From NCBI GenBank assembly GCA_002269645.1, contig NIVC01001413.1, forward strand, positions 186,001-250,000: 64,000 nt of DNA, written 5' to 3'. Within the stretch, counting starts at the first letter, position 1, and each line of letters opens with the position of its first letter. Origin of the DNA: Macrostomum lignano (lineage: Eukaryota). The position numbers and the translations under genes are program-made. A model generated the notes under the pieces. The model was given only the letters and a program-made list of their open reading frames with translations. It did not search any database and was not told the DNA's origin. Shown here in pieces: positions 50,601 through 64,000 of this stretch.

Positions 50601-51566
50601 GGGAGAGACAGACAAAAGACACGGGGAGAGACAGACAAAAGACACGGGGAGAGACAGACAAAATACACGGGGAGAGACAGACAAAAGACACGGGGAGAGA
50701 CAGACAAAAGACACGGGGAGAGACAGACAAAATACACGGGGAGAGACAGACAAAATACACGGGGAGAGACAGACAATAGACACGGGGAGAGACAGACAAA
50801 ATACACGGGGAGAGACAGACAAAATACACGGGGAGAGACAGACAAAATACACGGGGAGAGACAGACAAAAGACACGGGGAGAGACAGACAAAAGACACGG
50901 GGAAAGTCAAGGGAGAGAGACAATACAACGATGTAAAAACCCATTTTAAACCGGCAAAAATCTTTCATTCAATATGCAACCAATTCATTTTCTTCTACAC
51001 TCGCCACAACAGCCTCTGAGAACAAGGTGCTGTGCCATCCGTCCAGCGTGGACTCACTATCCACCAGCGCCGGACAGGAAGACCACGTCAGCATGGGCGG
51101 CTTCTCCGCTCGCAAGAGTCTACGCGTTGTTGAACACGTCGAACAAGTACTGGCCATCGAGCTCCTAGCGGCTTGCCAGGCCATGGAGTTCCTGCGTCCG
51201 TTGAAAACCACCGCACCCCTTGAGGCGGTTTACCGCCTAGTCCGAGAAAAGGTGCCAGCCTGGGAGCGCGACCGCTACATGGCGCCAGACATTGTTGCCG
51301 CCACGGCGCTACTCCGCAGCGAGAAAGTCTGGCAGACGGTGGCGCCGTACATTGCCGAATACGAGAGCCTGGTGACTGACGAGATGCGGCCAACCAGCCC
51401 GACAGCTTTCTGCATCGGCCAGCAACGGAAGCGACTGACATCGGCTAGCAACGGATCGCCGACAGAGATTCCACCGACTGTACCCACTGCTGCTGCAGCG
51501 TCTGGCGCCTCGACAATTTCGCCAGTGCCAACCTCGCCTGTGAGCAAGCGCTCCAGGCTACAGTGA
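44611..51566 (+). CDS. HAL: Histidine ammonia-lyase, 10 exons
   Basis: Exons 44611-44842, 45406-45493, 45597-45708, 45785-45857, 45950-46017, 46260-46662, 47060-47391, 47798-47942, 48029-48115 and 51013-51566 are phase-consistent. Motifs [11 protein letters not shown]-forming [14 protein letters not shown] and QEDHVSMG; N-terminal Par3/HAL-type domain. Confidence 0.97.
48385..50920. repeat. 23-bp minisatellite (GACAGACAAAAGACACGGGGAGA), about 2.5 kb, in the last HAL intron
   Basis: Directly visible tandem units with variants. Confidence 0.97.
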
Positions 51567-52206
51567 GCAACGCATCGCGTGTCTTCCTAATGCTTGAACT
51601 TCGTTTGAACTATCGACTTTTTCAAATAATATTAAGTGCAATGTTACAAAAAGGGTACTTGTTAACTTCGAACTGATTTTCCTTAAAGACGGTATTTGAT
51701 TTTTCATACTCGAAGAGGCGTAACTAACTGTGTATTGATTTTTATGCAGAAAAATATCTTGGAGTTCATTCAGACGAGGGTCAAAGATAAATGAATCTCA
51801 TGGATTTCTGATAAGTCCATACTGCATGAGCTGATGCTGGAGTATGAAATTCTTGTCTACCTGTTCTTGTCAAAGCTTTATCTAATTTAATTTAATAATC
51901 AACAAACGTACGTAACTAATGACCGGACTGACGATTCACTGGCTAAAACTTTTAGCAACTTTCGGTGACGGTTATTTATGAATCTTTGGTGATTTGTGTC
52001 TTCCTTTTTGGTTTCAATTTTGGTTTTAGTTTTGTATTGCTCAACGCGCTCAGGTATAAGTGCAATACTTGTACGCACAAATATACTCAGCAGAGAAAGC
52101 GTACATATTAATATTGCTGGGTCTTTTGTTATTTCGGTAAACACGTTTGTGATGGTAAATTTTAAGACAGCAGACTATTGTACAGTAGGTACAAGCTAAA
52201 CTGACT

Positions 52207-52462
52207 GGGGGAAACTGGTTTTCAATTGGTAGATTGACTGCGGAAACTGGTGTACAGTTGGTAGATTGACTGCGGAAACTGGTGTACAGTTGGTAGATTG
52301 ACTGCGGAACTGGTGTACAGTTGGTAGATTGACTGCGGAAACTGGTGTACAGTGGGTAGATTGACTGCGGAAACTGGTGTACAGTTGGTAGATTGACTGC
52401 GGAAACTGGTGTACAGTTGGTAGATTGACTGCGGAAACAGGTTTACACTGTACAGTTGGTAG
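52207..52462. repeat. 32-bp tandem repeat (GGAAACTGGTGTACAGTTGGTAGATTGACTGC), about 7 copies
   Basis: Lies between the convergent 3' ends of HAL and the ependymin-like gene. Confidence 0.95.
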
Positions 52463-52870
52463 ATATATTGACCTAAATTTATAGAAATTCTTTAGAAAAA
52501 CGGAAAAATATCTTTACAATTTTGAAATAATCGTAATTAAGCTAAATTTTGTTATTTTATTTTTCGGAAGCAATTCAAAACATTTCGCAAATGATCGATG
52601 TATAGTGAGTGCATCGCAAAATTTTAACATTAATCAACAACAGGTAAAAAAATCTGACAATGAGCACTTTGCGAAGACTTCAGTAAAATTTTGTTAGTCC
52701 TTGAAACGTCCTTGAAATGATTTAAATAGGAATTAAGCTACAGGTAAAAGAAGACATGCTGGAAAGCGTTTCTCGATAACTAAACGACAATTAAAAGGTA
52801 TAAAGTTTTACACAGTGATTAGCCTTAAAGTGTATCATCAGTCAAACTGAGAAGTATGTACTTTTAGTTT

Positions 52871-60800
<7,930 letters not shown>

Positions 60801-61391
60801 GCTTGTTTCTCTCTGGTACTGTTGAAATTTCTCCTTGTTTGGATCAGCCAGAAAAGCGCGGGTTCTTTCCTTAGGAAACCTGGAATTAAAAAGCAGAAAT
60901 TCGAATATAGATTTGAGCACAGTTGATCTCGCGAGGTCAGTGACCAGTTGCTACCCAGAGATTAGATTCTGGAAAAAAAACTCCTGGTGGCAGTCTGCGC
61001 CAAGCCTGCTAGAAAGATTTTTATCAGTCAACTTTCTCATTTCGCTGCCAGAACCAGAAGAAGAGAGAAAGGCAGCGCGTCGGAACAGAAAGAGGCGAAA
61101 GGCAGCGCGTTGGAGGCGAAAGTTCGCCCCCAGATAAGATAGAGGCTCGCCCGCCTTTGCCAGAGCCTCGAACTGCGTGACTGGCTTATCTTTGTCGCTT
61201 TCAACTTTCTACTCAGTTTCTAAGAGAAGCTCTGTAATAAGCTTGCTGGCGTGTAGAGCACTCAAAGCAATATTGGGATGAGCTCGCTTCCATTGAACTA
61301 TCACTGTTTAAACAGGTGTGTTCACAGACTGGCAACACTGATTCCTCTGCCTCACGGTTTTTTTCCTTTTCTTCCATTGCCATCTTAAGGG

Positions 61392-62633
61392 GGGAGCGCC
61401 AGCACCAAGGGGCTTTAGCACCAAGGGGCTTTAGCACCAAGGGGCTTTAGCACCAAGGGCTTTAGCACCAAGGGGCTTTAGCACCAAGGGGCGCCAGCAC
61501 CAAGGGGCGCCAGCACCAAGGGGCGCCAGCACCAAGGGGCGCCAGCACCAAGGGGCTTTAGCACCAAGGGGCTTTAGCACCAAGGGGCGCCAGCACCAAG
61601 GGGCGCCAGCACCAAGGGGCGCCAGCACCAAGGGGCTTTAGCACCAAGGGGCGCCAGCACCAAGGGGCTTTAGCACCAAGGGGCTTTAGCACCAAGGGGC
61701 TTTAGCACCAAGGGGCTTTAGCACCAAGGGGCTTTAGCACCAAGGGGCTTTAGCACCAAGGGGCTTTAGCACCAAGGGGCTTTAGCACCAAGGGGCTTTA
61801 GCACCAAGGGGCTTTAGCACCAAGGGGCTTTAGCACCAAGGGGCTTTAGCACCAAGGGGCTTTAGCACCAAGGGGCGCCAGCACCAAGGGGCTTTAGCAC
61901 CAAGGGGCTTTAGCACCAAGGGGCTTTAGCACCAAGGGGCGCCAGCACCAAGGGGCTTTAGCACCAAGGGGCTTTAGCACCAAGGGGCGCCAGCACCAAG
62001 GGGCTTTAGCACCAAGGGGCTTTAGCACCAAGGGGCTTTAGCACCAAGGGGCTTTAGCACCAAGGGGCGCCAGCACCAAGGGGCGCCAGCACCAAGGGGC
62101 GCCAGCACCAAGGGGCGCCAGCACCAAGGGGCGCCAGCACCAAGGGGCGCCAGCACCAAGGGGCGCCAGCACCAAGGGGCGCCAGCACCAAGGGGCGCCA
62201 GCACCAAGGGGCGCCAGCACCAAGGGGCGCCAGCACCAAGGGGCGCCAGCACCAAGGGGCGCCAGCACCAAGGGGCGCCAGCACCAAGGGGCGCCAGCAC
62301 CAAGGGGCGCCAGCACCAAGGGGCGCCAGCACCAAGGGGCGCCAGCACCAAGGGGCGCCAGCACCAAGGGGCGCCAGCACCAAGGGGCGCCAGCACCAAG
62401 GGGCGCCAGCACCAAGGGGCGCCAGCACCAAGGGGCGCCAGCACCAAGGGGCGCCAGCACCAAGGGGCGCCAGCACCAAGGGGCGCCAGCACCAAGGGGC
62501 GCCAGCACCAAGGGGCGCCAGCACCAAGGGGCGCCAGCACCAAGGGGCGCCAGCACCAAGGGGCGCCAGCACCAAGGGGCGCCAGCACCAAGGGGCGCCA
62601 GCACCACGGGGCGCCAGCACCAAGGGGCGCCAG
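61392..62633. repeat. 16-bp minisatellite, two variants (GCACCAAGGGGCGCCA and GCACCAAGGGGCTTTA)
   Basis: About 77 units, with the variants segregated in blocks. Confidence 0.97.
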
Positions 62634-62997
62634 ACTTGCAGTGAAGCTCCACTGTCTAGAAATAAATCGTATTACGCAATTCACCCTTTGAACATCAGTT
62701 TGATCTAAAAGTAGATAAAAAACTTTAGTATGGCCGCGCAGTATACATGTATTGTCGATGTTTACTTTAAAAACAGACCTTTTGGATTTGCAACCGTCAA
62801 TCAAAGAGCAAGCAAGCGACTAAAAAAATACAACCCAACAGTTTGAGTAGTTTTGACACTTTTGAACAAAAATTTACAATAAAAAACATATGAAAAAAAC
62901 GAAATATAAAGGTGCTGTATAGAAGTGGCAATGTGCATGCAAGTAACTAAATAATTAACGTCGAGTAACAACGGCACAGAGATGGCAATCTGCCAGT

Positions 62998-63746
62998 CTA
63001 GTGACAGTTCATCGACCATCGACCCGAAGTAGCGGCAGCGGCAGCAGCGGCAGCGGCAGCAGCGGCAGCGTAAGTGGGCGGCCAGAAGGTCAGAAAGCCG
63101 CCAGGATTGACCGGCGCCTCCTCAGCCGGAGCCGCAGTCGAAGATTCCACATTGGTTGATGAAAACTGCACCTGCTGGTTTTGATGAGTATAATTATACT
63201 GCTGATTAGGCTGGCTTGTGAAATATTGATGCTCATAGCGCTCAGTTTGAGTTGTCAGCTGCTGCTGATGCTGTGGCTGCTGTGGCTGCTGATAGTACGT
63301 GGCAGGGTAGCCAAAATTGTAGACAGGGTAGGCTGCTGAACTGTACACCCATTGCTGCTGCTGCTGCTGCTGCTGCTCGATAGAGTGCGGACAGTCGAAC
63401 GGAGAACACGAGCAGCAGTGCTCAGTCTGTTCAACCGTTGGCTTGGTATCTCCGACAGTTGCAGAGATTTTCAGCGCCTTCGGCGAAGACAAACCCGAAG
63501 AAGAAGAATTCGATGGAACGTCGTCCGATGGACGACGTTTTGCATTCGCCTTTTGACGCGAGCTGAAAATTTCATTCTGCGGTCGAAAGTCCGGAGTTGG
63601 ATGATCGTGGCAGCCTTTGGCCTGGAAGTACACCATCCCGTTGTTGGCGTGACGCCAAAAGTGCGTGACGGGGAAGCCGCCCTGACCGCGGCACTGGCGC
63701 AGGTAGAGCACGCCATCGGTGCACTTCGGGTTGGGGCAGCGGGAGC
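62998..63746 (-). CDS. gcm: Glial cells missing transcription factor, last exon (5' exons lie beyond the window)
   Basis: Acceptor at 63747 followed by SRCPNPKCTDGVLYLRQCRGQGGFPVTHFWRH...YFQAKGCHDHPTPD, the C-terminal half of the GCM domain, then a Q/Y/A-rich tail. Confidence 0.93.
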
Positions 63747-63854
63747 CTGAGGTTTGGAAGTGAGTTCGAGGTATGGAAGTACCATTTTCTCATTAAAAAT
63801 ATGCTTTATCGACATCGAGAGTGACAATCGCTCAGAGTAACATGAAAAAATCAG

Positions 63855-64000
63855 GATCATTTAGAATCGGGATCATTTAGAATCGGGATCATTTAGAATC
63901 GGGATCATTTAGAATCGGGATCATTTAGAATCGGGATCATTTAGAATCGGGATCATTTAGAATCGGGATCATTTAGAATCGGGATCATTTAGAATCGGGA
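63855..64000. repeat. 16-bp tandem repeat (GGGATCATTTAGAATC) in a gcm intron, running off the window
   Basis: Perfect units. Confidence 0.97.

Noticed and set aside
48256-50968. ORFs of 840-890 aa on the minus strand
   Set aside because: Artefacts of the 23-bp minisatellite inside a HAL intron.
61431-62804. PWCWRPLVLAPLGAGA repeat ORFs
   Set aside because: Artefact of the 16-bp repeat.

Overview
This is eukaryotic (metazoan) genomic DNA, with GC-rich spliced exons, AT-rich introns full of mini/microsatellites, and many transposon remnants. The style suggests a free-living flatworm such as Macrostomum; this is inference and was not checked. Genes I could assemble by hand, checking intron phases: a 3-exon NPY/PrRP-type GPCR; three intact tandem paralogs plus one inverted pseudogene of a small His/Cys (permuted NlpC/P60, LRAT/PPPDE-like) membrane-anchored protein; a CTF8 gene followed 60 nt later by an AUG-less CCCH zinc-finger gene; a 2-exon secreted Cys-rich protein; histidine ammonia-lyase; a 13-exon ependymin/LolA-like type I membrane protein with two alternative TM exons; and the last exon of gcm. 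Mobile DNA comprises an RTE-like LINE, two tRNA-derived SINE families, mariner, hAT, Harbinger-like and Foldback-like elements, and a solo-LTR-like insert carrying a minimal hammerhead ribozyme. The best leads are the operon-like CTF8/CCCH pair, which appears to need an externally supplied AUG, the hammerhead-bearing LTR-like insert, and the LRAT-like gene cluster. No database searches were run, so family names rest on motif recognition only.
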